Assembly: GCA_044892505.1 (NCBI GenBank)
Contig: CM097882.1
Coordinates: forward strand, 184,698,001 to 184,762,000
DNA from: Schmidtea nova
Lineage: Eukaryota
Direction: 5' to 3'
DNA length: 64,000 nucleotides
The translations under genes and the position numbers were made by a program. This document shows positions 40,501 through 52,987 of this stretch, one piece after another; positions within the stretch are counted from its first letter, which is position 1; each line of letters opens with the position of its first letter. The notes under the pieces were generated by a model. The model did not search any database. It saw nothing but the letters and a program-made list of their open reading frames with translations, and had not been told where the DNA came from.

Positions 40501-43500
40501 AGTGTGTATAATTAATTTTTTTATATTTATTTTTTAATTAATATTAAAAAATCACAAGCCGACCGATTTATTGTACCACTGTAGGAAAAAATGAAGGAAA
40601 ATCTAAATTCGCGATTTCTTTCGAATATTTTTTTACACTTTAATTTTATGCGTATATTTAAAAAGTTTTAGAGGATAAAAATAATATTTTACTAACCAAA
40701 ATAACTTGTTAAGTCCAAATTTTAATGGTAGATTTTTATTTGTAAGATTACAACTTCAGAACTCTAATCTTTGTCTCCACCGGTTACCCGCTATATTGCA
40801 GATTGTTATAAAGAATGTGAAAATTAATAATAATGTAACACCAGTGAGTTTCGGGAAATGTTTGAAACAATGAAATTGTAAAATTTATTACCGCGTCATT
40901 ATCAGCACCGTTGCATGGAGCAACAACTGTGCGCCTTTTTCGATTTTCGTCGTCACTTGCCGCGTCTTTGCATATTGTAAGGTTATTTGAATCAATTGGG
41001 CGAACAAATAAACTCGTTCGAATAAATCTGTTGTCTAATATTGGCATCGGTGATCGGAATGCTGCATAAGCATGTTCGCTGGTAGCAAATTCTACGAGCG
41101 CATGGTGTTGGTCGCCTTGAAATCCGACCTAAAAATGAGGATCATTGGCATTGCTTCAACTAAGTATCATTTACTTGAACGCCAATCACTTTGCCAAACG
41201 TTCGGAAATGTTGACGCAATTGCGTTTCATCATTGCATTCCGTCGGGATATGAGTTAACAGTAGGCATCGAGCCGAACTTTGTCGCCTATTATAGCGATT
41301 GTCATTATTTTTGTGGTTATATCGGCAAACACCGCGTCGAAGAGCCGATTGACGCTGAAATCTTTGTCTTCCTTGTCCACTACCAATAACAGTTGTTAGT
41401 TTAGACCCTTCGTGACTGGTTTCTTGATTATCATCACTGTCTTTCCAACAATTGGTTTCTTTTTGGCTATTTTCAACCTGTGACGGCACATAGACCGGGG
41501 CAGAATCATGGACTTTAATTTTATCACTTTCAATAGCCTAGTAGTAACGAAGCAATAAGAATATGTACCAAATCAATCAACCAACTCCGTCTATTTCAGG
41601 ATGACTTGGATCATATATATCATTCATGCTTTTATTAGTGCTTTTCTGTTCATGAATATTCGTAGAATATCTATTGTTTTCAACATTTTTTAACGGTATC
41701 ATGTTGTGAGAAGGTTTAGAAATATTAAATTTATCAACCCAACCTAAGTCGAAATCATATATAAAATCAAGTATTGTAATTTAAACAAACCCTGATTATA
41801 AGGAATTCCTTGCCAATTTGAATTTATCGCATTTGGTGGCATAGAAGCCCCTGAATATATACAATTAATGTCAGATCTTACCTAAGAAATGTTGAAAATC
41901 AGCAAATAAGATAATAAAAGCAATACAATATCCTTTCCGTGATCAAATTCACATAATTCACCTTTCAAGCAGACTCCCTTTTCAACGAAATCAGGACAAG
42001 AAGTTTTTATGCCCCATAATCGATTTTCATTGGAATAATCAATTAATTTGCAATCATCATTTTTATGCGAATAATCTAAAATAGATTTATATTTCAATAC
42101 TAGCTATAAAGCCCATCAAAAGATGACACTTTAAATTTACTATATATTACACACATAAAAAGGGGTCTCCTTTAATATCACATGTATGTTGGTTAAATTA
42201 CGTATATTTTACACGCTTTTCAAAACAGGAGTGGCCAAGCCGTGGCTCATGGTTGCAAGCGACTCGTCGTGTATAATTGTGCGGCCGACAAATTCAACAC
42301 GATTTCACAAAATGTGCATTACATTTATTTTAGTGCAATAATTACACTGAATTGTCTATGTATATGTTTATTTATATATATAACTGTCCCATTGCTAAGT
42401 CATGAATAATAAAAAAACAATAATAATGATTTATTCTATCTTAAATTTTCACCCGCCATTAATCGATAAGTTCGTAAAAATTACATGGAAATAGACTTAA
42501 CTGACACTATAGAAAAAGTGAAGATTGATTCCAAATATCAAATCTAAGTTTAAAATTACATGCACTTTACTTTCATAAGATATAACACTTGTAGGTGTCA
42601 ATAATGTTACAGTCTATTCTTATCCTTGTTTAATATTTGTGTTTTTGATACCTATAAAACCTATAAAGTTTGAATTACGATTATTTCATATCTTAGACAG
42701 TAGTTTGGACGCGTAAAAATTATTTTTTGATATCGAAAGTCATGTAAAAGAAATAAATATGCTACATGCAGATATATAATACATTATCAGAGTGACAGAA
42801 AAAATTGTCCAGGCCTACTTTAAAAAAATGAAATACAATAATTGCATGATATTTGCAAAAAATTAATTATAATTTATCAAATTATATTTGTATATAAAAG
42901 TACTTTTATTTTTGATAACTTGTTTTTATTCTGTCGGCGTATTTAATAATTATCTCCTACTTGAATCCGTTGGTCCTTACTGGATTAAAAATAAAGACGT
43001 ATCATAAGTGAAATACGTCAATTAATCGATGAAGAAAATTATATTCCCTGAGATAGAAAATTTGTTCACATAATTAAAAAAATTAAATAATTAGAAATGC
43101 ACACGAAAAATTTTTCCAATAATTAAAATAATTTTTTAAAAATTAAATTTTTGCTTGAGTAAACTGAAATATTGTTTAGGTTTCTANNNNNNNNNNNNNN
43201 NNNNNNNNNNNNNNNNNNNNNNNNNNNNNNNNNNNNNNNNNNNNNNNNNNNNNNNNNNNNNNNNNNNNNNNNNNNNNNNNNNNNNNNNNNNNNNNNNNNN
43301 NNNNNNNNNNNNNNNNNNNNNNNNNNNNNNNNNNNNNNNNNNNNTATAAATACAAAAACGCACCCGTTCTTTCATAATATTTCTTGGTCCTGTGACTTCT
43401 GTGACGGCTTGAATGATATCGACGGTCTTTTTGATCAATTTCATCATTATAACGCTTTTTCTTTCTGCTTTCATCATGTACTTTGTAATTTGAATGCTCT

Positions 43501-44096
43501 CGACTACGTTTAGAAAAAGATCGACTAATATTATTTCGTTTGTCTTCATCATCTGAGCTTTTAATTTTGGTTATTGGAGAAATTTTTCGAAATTCCGGTA
43601 AAAAATCCTCTTCGCTGGAACTGAGTTTAAATTGACTTTTATCTAATTCTAGTTTGGCAATTTAATATAATTTATTTATAGGTCATATTTTACTTGTGTT
43701 TTTTTCTGGATATTTTGATATCACTTCGATTTCCGGTAAAATTATTTGTTGAGAATCTACCTTATTAATATATCTTTTATGTTTTAAACATTCGAAAACA
43801 TCATCAATAAACTTTTTAGTTTCTATGTAATTATTAAGGAAACTGTAAATAACTAAATATAGATTACTTTCACTTAAAAAAACGTGCAGCTGATCAACAC
43901 ATATTTTGCGTAGACTGCTTTCTGATTTATCTTTTTTAAGTAATGCAATGACATATTTTGATAAAGGTTCAGGATCGGCTTCGGATCTATCATATATTTT
44001 AGAAAAATGATTAAACTACAGTAAAAAATTAACTTACAATCCAGTAAGCTCATTAACAAGCCATGACGCAAAATCGTCCACATTTTCGATCAACAT
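37534..44096 (-). CDS. RBM26: RNA-binding protein 26/27 family gene (multi-exon; 26 versus 27 not resolvable)
   Basis: PWI start MLIENVDDFASWLVNEL...ADPEPLSKYVIALLKKDK (44096 down), RS-rich exon, CCCH finger CPDFVEKGVCLKGELCEFDHG, RRM1 (HFRTFGKV; ILDNRFI), coiled coil, RRM2 LDNRPKTLYV. Short GT-AG introns; exact exon boundaries not all resolved. Confidence 0.88.
38690..38915. mobile_element. Possible piggyBac-like MITE in an intron
   Basis: TTAA|CCACTGTCGGGAC ... GTCCTCAAAGGG|TTAA; imperfect TIR. Confidence 0.35.
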
Positions 44097-44796
44097 TTTA
44101 TATTTTTAATTACGAACTTAAAAGTTTCACTTATATAAACAAACTTTAAAATGGATACTTAATGTTTTTAAAGGTTTTTCCTAAATACAATTTATAATGC
44201 AAAGACAATTTATAATGCAATTTATAAGACAATTTATACTGCAAATAATAAATTGCAATTTATATAGATTTTCTCATTTGATAGTATCATTTTGTAATTG
44301 TGATAATTTGTTTATAATAAATTTTTAGATGAATTTTTACAGAATAAATTTATATACCTTATTCTTCGTCACTTAGTTACTTATAATATTATACTATCAA
44401 ATAAAAATCCCTAAAATAACTTAGATGTTAAACATTCATAGAAAAGTTAAATTCTCAATAATCTCATCCTGTGGAATATGAAAAATAAATTTAGTAAGTT
44501 AGAAGTTAATTAAAATTTTGATTTAATTTTTACCATATTAATGACGTTGAGCCATTACGCTTCTATTTTTAATCACTTATTTAATATGGATTTTTATTTT
44601 ATAATACAATTTTGTAATTGAAAATCAACAATATAAATGTGACTTAACAAATTATTGTTGGGTTTGATTATATGCTGAGTTATCTTGGTATTGATAAATA
44701 CTCAAACCTATCTGGGGTTTGCGGTTGCCGGCTCACTATTGTTGCCAAAGTTACAAATGATGGGCATGGGTAATTAAAAAATTTAAATAAGATCTT

Positions 44797-45478
44797 TGGT
44801 GGGTTGTTGACCGTCAATATGACCTTGACATTGTAATAGCTCACATCAACAACTAAACATGCAAAACATTAGTTTAACTATATTGTTGCCAGTCATAATA
44901 CAACGTTGGTACTGCAACAAATGGGTGGATATTCACGGTGTCAGGACGAAATTACACGAGACGAAATTACACAAGATGAAATTACACGAGACGAAATTAC
45001 ACAAGATGAAATTACACTGAGACGAAATTACACTGAGACGAAATTACACGGGATGAAATTACACAAGACGAAATTACACTAAAAAATAGTAAGTTCAAAA
45101 AAAAATTAGTAAAAAGTTTAAAAAAAATTAGTAAAAGTTAAGTATTAAATTTAGCATTAAATATATTGAAAATTTTAAATAATAAAATAATAAAATAATT
45201 TTAATAATAAATAATAATTTTAATAATTTNNNNNNNNNNNNNNNNNNNNNNNNNNNNNNNNNNNNNNNNNNNNNNNNNNNNNNNNNNNNNNNNNNNNNNN
45301 NNNNNNNNNNNNNNNNNNNNNNNNNNNNNNNNNNNNNNNNNNNNNNNNNNNNNNNNNNNNNNNNNNNNNNNNNNNNNNNNNNNNNNNNNNNNNNNNNNNN
45401 NNNNNNNNNNNNNNNNNNNNNNNNNNNNNNNNNNNNNNNNNNNNNNNNNNNNNNNTTAATAATAATTAATAATAATTA

Positions 45479-45518
<40 letters not shown>

Positions 45519-46145
45519 TTAATAATAATATTAATAATAATATTAATAATATNNNNNNNNNNNNNNNNNNNNNNNNNNNNNNNNNNNNNNNNNNNNNNNN
45601 NNNNNNNNNNNNNNNNNNNNNNNNNNNNNNNNNNNNNNNNNNNNNNNNNNNNNNNNNNNNNNNNNNNNNNNNNNNNNNNNNNNNNNNNNNNNNNNNNNNN
45701 NNNNNNNNNNNNNNNNNNNNNNNNNNNNNNNNNNNNNNNNNNNNNNNNNNNNNNNNNNNNNNNNNNNNNNNNNNNNNNNNNNNNNNNNNNNNNNNNNNNN
45801 NNNNNNNNNNNNNNNNNNNNNNNNNNNNNNNNNNNATTTTTTAGTGTAATTTCGTCTTGTGTAATTTCATCCCGTGTAATTTCGTCTCAGTGTAATTTCG
45901 TCTCAGTGTAATTTCATCTTGTGTAATTTCGTCTTGTGTAATTTCATCTTGTGTAATTTCGTCTCGTGTAATTTCGTCTTGTGTAATTTCGTCATGTAAT
46001 CGATATTCACAATCAGTGAACATCGAAAATTCGAAATGGTGGGTTGCTGATCGTCAATATGACCTTGACGTTACTATGGCTCCCATCAACAACTCAACAT
46101 ACAAAACATTAGATTAACTATCTTGTTGCCATCACAATGTAACTG
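44797..46145 (-). repeat. Two head-to-tail copies of the CCA-terminated repeat (44797-46036 interrupted; 46037-~46145)
   Basis: Both begin TGGTGGGTTG..CGTCAATATGACCTTGAC on the plus strand. Confidence 0.85.
44937..46001. mobile_element. Foldback/MULE-like non-autonomous element
   Basis: 9-bp TSD GATATTCAC (44928-44936, 46002-46010). Arms are inverted arrays of 15-bp GACGAAATTACACRA; AT-rich gapped centre. Confidence 0.85.
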
Positions 46146-47516
46146 ATTCTTGAAAATTAATTTCAATTATTTTACGCAAAATTGAATTATTATTTTTGCA
46201 TAAAATTTTAAATAAATTCTAAATAATTTATTTTTGATCTAAAATTTCATTTTTTAATCAAAGTTTTTTCCAAATAAAATTAATTTATCATAATTTCTGA
46301 CTAAAACAATTTTCTTTCATGTTATTCGAATTTTTACACTAAAATTTGAAAATTTCCTCCCGAAATGATGTTTATTTTTTCTAGTGTGCTATTCTATTAC
46401 ACAATTGATGTTCTCACGCTATACATGTGTTTTTCACGTTTAAACTCAATACGCTTTTGTTCGTTTCAATTTTTCGACGTGTTTTGATTGACTATTTCTG
46501 TGTGTTCCATTTGAGTCCCTTAAAGTAAATTACTGCCCTAGTTGTTTTTAGATATACTGAAAAATCGTTATCAGAGTTCTGTGATCATGTTGGGCCAAAA
46601 CTGCAAATTGTTTAAATGAAGCGGAAACACAACAAGTAGAGAGCGTGCAAGATTCTAATTTAACCAAAACATCAAGTAAAACCGAAATAGTTAAGTGAAA
46701 ATACACCTAAATATTAAAGTGAACCAAAGTGCATTAACAAGATGATGAAAAATTATTAATTTAGTTTTGCGGAAAATTGTTGAAATTAATTTCGAGAAAA
46801 TTAGAAACTCCTTCTAGAACAATTTGCTTTAATATCTCAATGGAAATATTAGGCAGAAAATTTATATAAATACCGCCATCAAAATGGAGAATTTAAGGAT
46901 ATTTTGCAAAGAATTTACGAGGAATTTTGTTGCTAAATATTTTTTGGGGGTTTTTAGCAGGGAAATTTTAACAAAGAATCTCTTACTACCAACTAGTATA
47001 CCAGCGTAACTCTATCAGAATATTACGAGAAGAAGATAACTTGCAGCCGTTAATCGAATAATTTCGTAAGAAACTTGATTTTGTTTCCTAATTAAAAAGG
47101 CCCGCGAAATCATGCCCTCGCTACCGGGCCTAGGTATTTTAATTTATTTTAACCTTTGTCTATGTGTTGGGCCAAGCCATCCGAAAATAAAACAAAAAAA
47201 TAAATCAAGTAAAATAACAATAAATAATGCAAGTAATCAAGCAAAAATAACTTACCAGTCGGCATATGACCAATACACATCAAAGCCTGAAAGCTAACAA
47301 AAAGAATTAAAGCAAAAATAAATAACAATATAAAAACTTACTCAGACGGAACCAAAATCTGACAGGCGTGGGCCGATACAGACGATAATCTAAAAACATA
47401 ACAAAAGATTAACAAAAATTGAGAAATGAATGAACAATAACTCATCAAAATAATACACAAAAGAAAAATCACTAACCATGAAAAGTAATCAATATATACA
47501 CACATGCTCAATTCTG

Positions 47517-47550
47517 ATTGGCTGGCCAGCAACGTCATTCAGTATAAATA
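47517..47550 (+). promoter_or_regulatory. ATTGG box, ACGTCA (CRE-like) and TATAAATA
   Basis: Read directly; spacing conserved with copy 1. Confidence 0.6.
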
Positions 47551-48505
47551 CAACAGTGAAATCAGTAGAAGGGTCAATTTTTTAGAGTCACTTTTTACCA
47601 GCGTCAAATTTGGTCAGCTCATTGATAGCCACTTGGAACTCTATTGTAATTATCGAACCTGATCGGAAATAAAAGGTATAGTTACAACTTGTTTTGCATT
47701 TGTTAAACCCTCATATTAAAATCTGTAAGTTTGGTCCCGAAGGTCAAACGATCTGACGGGATTCTCGGCCTCTCGGCACAACACATTTTCATGTGAGGTG
47801 CTGATGCGGCGAGACCATAGGTATTCTGACTAATTCGGAAGAGGAAGGGTGCACATAGCGTGTTCAAGTAGTGAGTGAGAGGAAGTTATAATAAACAGCG
47901 TGAAAAGAAGGGGAGGTACGGGAGGAACCAGAACCCCTGAAACCAAATTCGGTTGACACCAGCCTAGGGGTAGAGTTCCTGTTATCACCAACCATGTAGG
48001 ATCACCTAGGAGTAGGATTCCGTAACGACCACTGTAGTGTATAACCCAAATGGCCCTACAAGGCATCCCCAAAATGATGAAATCAATGATAATTTGACCA
48101 ATGTTTGTTGAATACTGCGGTTCGTGGATGCTGCATCGATTAATACAATATATAAGTAGCTACTGGCCGATATGATATGACGATCCTGATCAGGCCTACA
48201 TAAAATGATTTAACCATGACAATAATCTGAGTGGTAGCAATGCATAAACCAATGTTAAAGCATAACGTAATAAGAATGAGTAGGGTGACATTGATAAAAT
48301 TATTGATAAAAGACGATTGTATTACATTACCTGATCAGTAGTATGAAAAAATGAACAAACATTCAAGCAAATGCATTCGGGTAATAATCTTTTATATTTG
48401 ACTGTATGATGTGATCGACAACGTATGATGAGGTTAGAGTGGTGTATGATGAGGTAATGTGAGGAATGTCCGACACTACCTTTAATTTTCCCCGTCATTC
48501 AGAGA

Positions 48506-49069
48506 ATGCACCATGAGAAAATACGGCAACGGCGTCACGCTACCAAGGAGATAAAATTCGTGAATCCGGAAAACATCCCCACCAATATCAAGCGATCGGC
48601 CGAACGATATCTACGAGCATGGATGCGACGTCACGTCGACCCAGCCACCCGAGAAACCACCTTGTCATTCCAACTACGAGTGCGGTGGGAAGGCGACCCT
48701 GAGTGGTCGAGGTTGCCGAACTTGCCGAACAAAACCCCCATCCGATGGTTCATCCAATTCGAAAATCAACAATGCCAACCACGATGGATATTGAGTAATG
48801 ACTCCATGACGGGCTCTGATCTCTACAGGCTCGGTTACATCTTAATGGATCGACCCCGATGTATATACAGTGGCGAGATGCGACCATACTTCCATGCGTC
48901 GGGAAGCGTCAACATGGAACAACCTTTGGGAAGAGGTGACGGGAGAATATGGGAAGTCTTCGTCTACAATGATCATCTCTGTTGGGATCCGTGTCCCGAG
49001 ATCTATCAACCAGACTGGAAAGGACGAACGGACAAGCAATACAATCAAGAATTAATAGAGTTCTCCTGA
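48506..49069 (+). CDS. ORF-A, unknown Trp-rich 187-aa protein
   Basis: Open frame with elevated GC; a stop-interrupted homolog lies at 11790-12300 (minus). Confidence 0.7.
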   Translation: MHHEKIRQRRHATKEIKFVNPENIPTNIKRSAERYLRAWMRRHVDPATRETTLSFQLRVRWEGDPEWSRLPNLPNKTPIRWFIQFENQQCQPRWILSNDSMTGSDLYRLGYILMDRPRCIYSGEMRPYFHASGSVNMEQPLGRGDGRIWEVFVYNDHLCWDPCPEIYQPDWKGRTDKQYNQELIEFS

Positions 49070-49319
49070 AACTCATCGGACAAATGTGAAATCTCGTGTG
49101 TTATGATAAAAATAAATAAATGTTTGTATCAAGAGTTTGTGTTTGAATTAGAAGAATGATGCCATCTATGATGTAAAGTGATGGAATGATGACCGCGTGA
49201 GGAGCGGCAAATCAATACAAGGTTTTCTGAATATCAACGACATAGAGCTCGAGGGTAGAAGGGGGACATAAGACCGTAATTGACCATAATTTATGTTGAT
49301 CCTCGTTTCCTCCTTTTAG

Positions 49320-49880
49320 ATGAATACGGGTGAAGTCCGTGATTATAAGAAGGAAGCCAAGGAGTCCAAGTTACGAGTTAGAGTGCTCGAAAGTAGGCTA
49401 CGGCAGTTGAGTGAAGAACATCAGATCGTGAAAACCACGTGGTTCCATCCGGAACGCGTGAAATCTATCCAACAGGCCAGATACCGAGCCGAGCGAATGG
49501 CTGAAGAACAAACCTGAGAAACGACCGCCGTAAAGCTAGAGTTAAACAATTATACGAGGGCATCGACAAAGGACTTCATAACACAGCAATTGCGGCCTCT
49601 CATCCGAGCCAGCACTTTCGACCGCTGGATAGAGTCCACCAGAGTATCCACAAGTATGCACACGGATATGGAATCAAGTTCTATGACTAATACCCCGATA
49701 AATACGTCGAAACCTGAGGGCTCCAAACGAACGAAACGACGGAATCGGTTGGGAGCGAAACAGAGACGATAACGAAGGGAGTATGCCGAGCGAATCGGAA
49801 TTGAGGTGGACCTCCTGAGTGGTCTTACTGAGAAGCAGTTGCTCGCCGTAATCAATCCGTCGACGTTATTAAATGGAAAA
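49320..49880 (+). pseudogene. ORF-B, coiled-coil protein with Arg-rich tail (two in-frame stops)
   Basis: Single frame: ...VKTTWFHP...EQT*ETTAVKLEL...ASTFDRW...KQRR*RREYAERIGIEVDLLSGLTEKQL. Confidence 0.7.
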
Positions 49881-50477
49881 TAAATGTATTTTGATGGAGA
49901 TAATTGACTTGAATGAATGAGGAATGTACGTGTTATTTAAATAAATGTGATGATTGAACAAAACTAATTCATTTTATGCTATCGGGCATCCTAAAATCGA
50001 AAATACCCTAGATGAGACAAAAGAGATTGAGTAAGAAGGGACCAGAACAAAACCACTTAAACCTTCTAACGGTAGTGGTGGACCCGTGAATAAACAAGGG
50101 AATAGTGGCCGCAAGGTTACTCACCTGCCTTGTCATTTCACAACGTTGACACAGCACCAACATGATGAGTAGTTAGGCATACATCATGGGTGTCAGCGGG
50201 GAGATGTTTTTATGTTGGCGAAATCACCCTAACGTATAAAATCAAATATGATCTCAGTTGAACATCTAACCAACACACTAGCATATGTATTATAATATGA
50301 TATGTTATGTAGTCTCTTATGAAAATTATAATTTTTCTATTCAAATTCTTATTAAATCTCGTCACATTTTCTCAGTTACTAATATCATTTTATCATTATT
50401 TATCATATATACATTTATATTTTTTAATGTATTTCATTAAAACCACTTCCATACATTCTGACATCTGGTGAATTTTG

Positions 50478-50665
50478 GGTGTGCGCATTGTCTCTATGAT
50501 AATTTTGGTTATCGCGTCTGTGTGCGTGTAGCTTAAAGATTTTGTACCGCGTCTGTGTGCGTGGTTGTAGGTTTGTGCTTTTGCGTCTGTGTGCGCATTT
50601 CATTTTGTGTGTTGCTCTCGCGTCCGTGTGCGCATTGAGAGATTGTTATCGCGTCTGTGTGCGCA
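50478..50665 (+). repeat. ~35-bp-period array with conserved core GCGTCTGTGTGCG
   Basis: Cores at 50514, 50549, 50583, 50620, 50651; partial core at ~50478. Confidence 0.85.
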
Positions 50666-50741
50666 GGTGGCTTTTTTTTGGAATTTAGGTTCGATTAATT
50701 AATTGTGGAATTATGGTTGAATTTCGTTAACGCTTTCTAGA

Positions 50742-51643
50742 TTGGGTTTTGTTTTATTAATCGAGTTTTTCTGGAATTTACGAATATTCTGGGCTAAAAA
50801 AATGGAGATACCTAAATCTTTACTAATGAAAAGTGCACCCGAAGAAGAAGAAGAAAGATATGAAATTGTAATTAAAACAGTCGCTTCATTGAATAAAAAT
50901 GGTATTAAAGTATGTTTTCATGCAACAATATGCTCCATCATTGAAAGATTTGTTTCTTCATATCCTACAAGTGAAGTAGTTGGTGCTATATTTAGATCTA
51001 TCAATGCATATTTGGGTGGCGTAATCATCAGTAAAAATACATCTAGATTATTGGAAAAAGTTCTTTTAGCCTGTAAATCCAAAGACATTTCTAAAAATGA
51101 GATTGTGAGATTTCAGAGTCAAAAATTCTGTGAATATATGTGGATACATTATCCGGATCATTTAGAAAACAATATCTGTTCGCATATTGTGAGAATGTTT
51201 TTCCAGTTTGCATTCGATGTGTATGTAGGATTGGAAGGAAAGGTGTATTCTTCGAAATCAGTTGTCATTTCTACACCGATGCAGGATAACAAATATTTAG
51301 AAAAATTAAACGACCTAATTAAGCGTTTTCTCAGGAGTCCACAAATTGAAAAGTTAATCACAAATGAATTCAGGAGTTCTACATTGCAAGCTATAATGGT
51401 AATCTGTAAAAGTCGTTGCCTAGACAAATTGAATGAAGTAGTTAAACAATCAATGTCAGTTCGTGGCGAAATGGACAAAACGAAATCTAATGATAAAATC
51501 CAAGCATTGTCTGGCAGTAACGATGTCATAGTTCGATTTGACGATTCTCCCGAAATCCTCTCGAAAGTCTATTTGAATGTTGTTTATTTAGTTATGGAAA
51601 CGAATAAAAATTATTATTTGGCCGTTCAATTGATGATTTTACA
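50742..51643 (+). pseudogene. NOP9: NOP9-like (PUF repeat) N-terminal fragment, uninterrupted ORF
   Basis: EEEEERYEIV, SKNTSRLLEKVL, ICSHIVRMF, FRSSTLQAIM resemble NOP9 repeats by recall. The ORF runs into a non-coding repeat after ~51644. Confidence 0.6.
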
Positions 51644-51797
51644 GACATCCGTCCGGCCTTGTGCTGTACGGACGAAAGTAGCCTTGGTGGATTTCTGTTC
51701 GGTTCGTAACTGGCCAGCCAATTTTTCCGCCTCAGGCGAAGCCTTAACATCCATGATCACTTCATCTCATATTGAGGAACAGTGGCTTGGCCAAGGG
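51644..51797 (-). ncRNA. ~170-nt structured repeat, copy 1 (remainder at 50448-50465)
   Basis: CCTTGGCCAAGCCACTGTTCC..GATGAAGTGATCATGGA..AGGCTACTT shared with 56018-56193 and 62455-62639. RNA function is inferred. Confidence 0.5.
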
Positions 51798-51960
51798 CAA
51801 GGTTTTTCATATTAATAATAATAATCAATTTATATTAATGTATTTTTATCTGAATTATATTATACAACATACAGTAAATTAAAATTTTATATTTTGATGA
51901 AAACCAAAGTTAATTCGTCCAATATTATCTTTATTTCCATAAAACTTATTAGTATAAAAC

Positions 51961-52200
51961 TGGTGGGTTGTCGATCGTCAATACGACCTTGACGTTACTA
52001 TGGCTCTCATCAACAACTCAACACATAAAACATTGAAATTACCATCTTGTTACCCGTCACTATGTAACGTTGGTACTGTAACAAGTGGGTGGGTATTCGC
52101 AATCAGTGAGCGTCGTCAATACAAAACTATGATTGACCGAATATCTCCTGGGTCCAAGGGCTACCGATAGAAGGTTTCTCGCCCCTTTTTGTCCCTCCTA
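51961..52200 (-). ncRNA. CCA-terminated structured repeat (~250 nt)
   Basis: Hairpins conserved with G-U and compensatory changes across copies; ends CAACCCACCA on the minus strand. RNA function is inferred. Confidence 0.55.
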
Positions 52201-52423
52201 TGTATTATTTACTTCGGAAAACTTCATGTACTTCATTTACTATTGAACCTCAGTTGCTTTTACTCAATTTATTCTATACATTGCTTTATTGCATTCAATC
52301 ATTCAACCCAATAAAAAAAAGTAAAAAAACAAGAGAACACTTTAATGTTACCAAAAAAAACAACACAAACTACAAAGAAAAAAAACAAATAAATACACGA
52401 TAGGATATTCGTTGTCCATTTAA

Positions 52424-52987
52424 TCACAAAGCAGTAATGTCTATTATGTCTACAGATTCCTTGCGGACTCGTCCCAGCAGTCTCGCTTCCTGTCGTCGTC
52501 TTCGGCGAGCCCTCACCCCTTTATTGGGCTTCTGTCTGGCTGTTTTGGCGGGAACAGGAGGTGTCGATATCTGTTCCTCGACCCTCATTGGGAACAACTC
52601 TTGAGACAGGCGGGGTGGTTTTGGTAGGACGGCGGCAATGATGCCACTGTCCAATCTCAGCCTTTCATTTTGGGTTTCCAAGTCCCTGATTGTGACTCAG
52701 CACGCCCGCAATCTCATTGCGTCGTCCGCAGCCTGCTGCAACAGCATCTGGTTTTGTTTGCGGAGTTTGTCGACGGTCTCTTTGTCCGACCACGTCGACT
52801 CCATCTCCCGGCACCGCGCTCGGAACTTCTCCATCCGAGAAGTCATGATCTGTAATGCATCCATATTCGAGGTTTTCGCCCTCTCCATCTCGGCGAAACA
52901 CTGGTCTACCCGGCGATTATGGCGGGCATTTTCCACAATCAGTTTGTGTATCTCTTCGAATTTCTGCTCTATATTCATTTCGGACAT
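52424..52987 (-). pseudogene. ORF-B paralog (coiled coil plus Arg-rich tail), one in-frame TGA
   Basis: EMESTWSDK aligns with VKTTWFHP / LKRTWFCP; GVRARRRRQEARLLG aligns with GAKQRR*RREYAERIG. Confidence 0.55.

Larger units (their letters stand above)
47510..50280 (+). mobile_element. Unclassified multi-ORF repeat unit, copy 2
   Basis: Promoter, ORF0 remnant (~47745), ORF-A, ORF-B and structured 3' region; collinear with 10600-13460. Confidence 0.75.

Noticed and set aside
42230-42260. TGGCCAAGCC motif like the 170-nt element
   Set aside because: Only about 10 nt match; the rest is absent.
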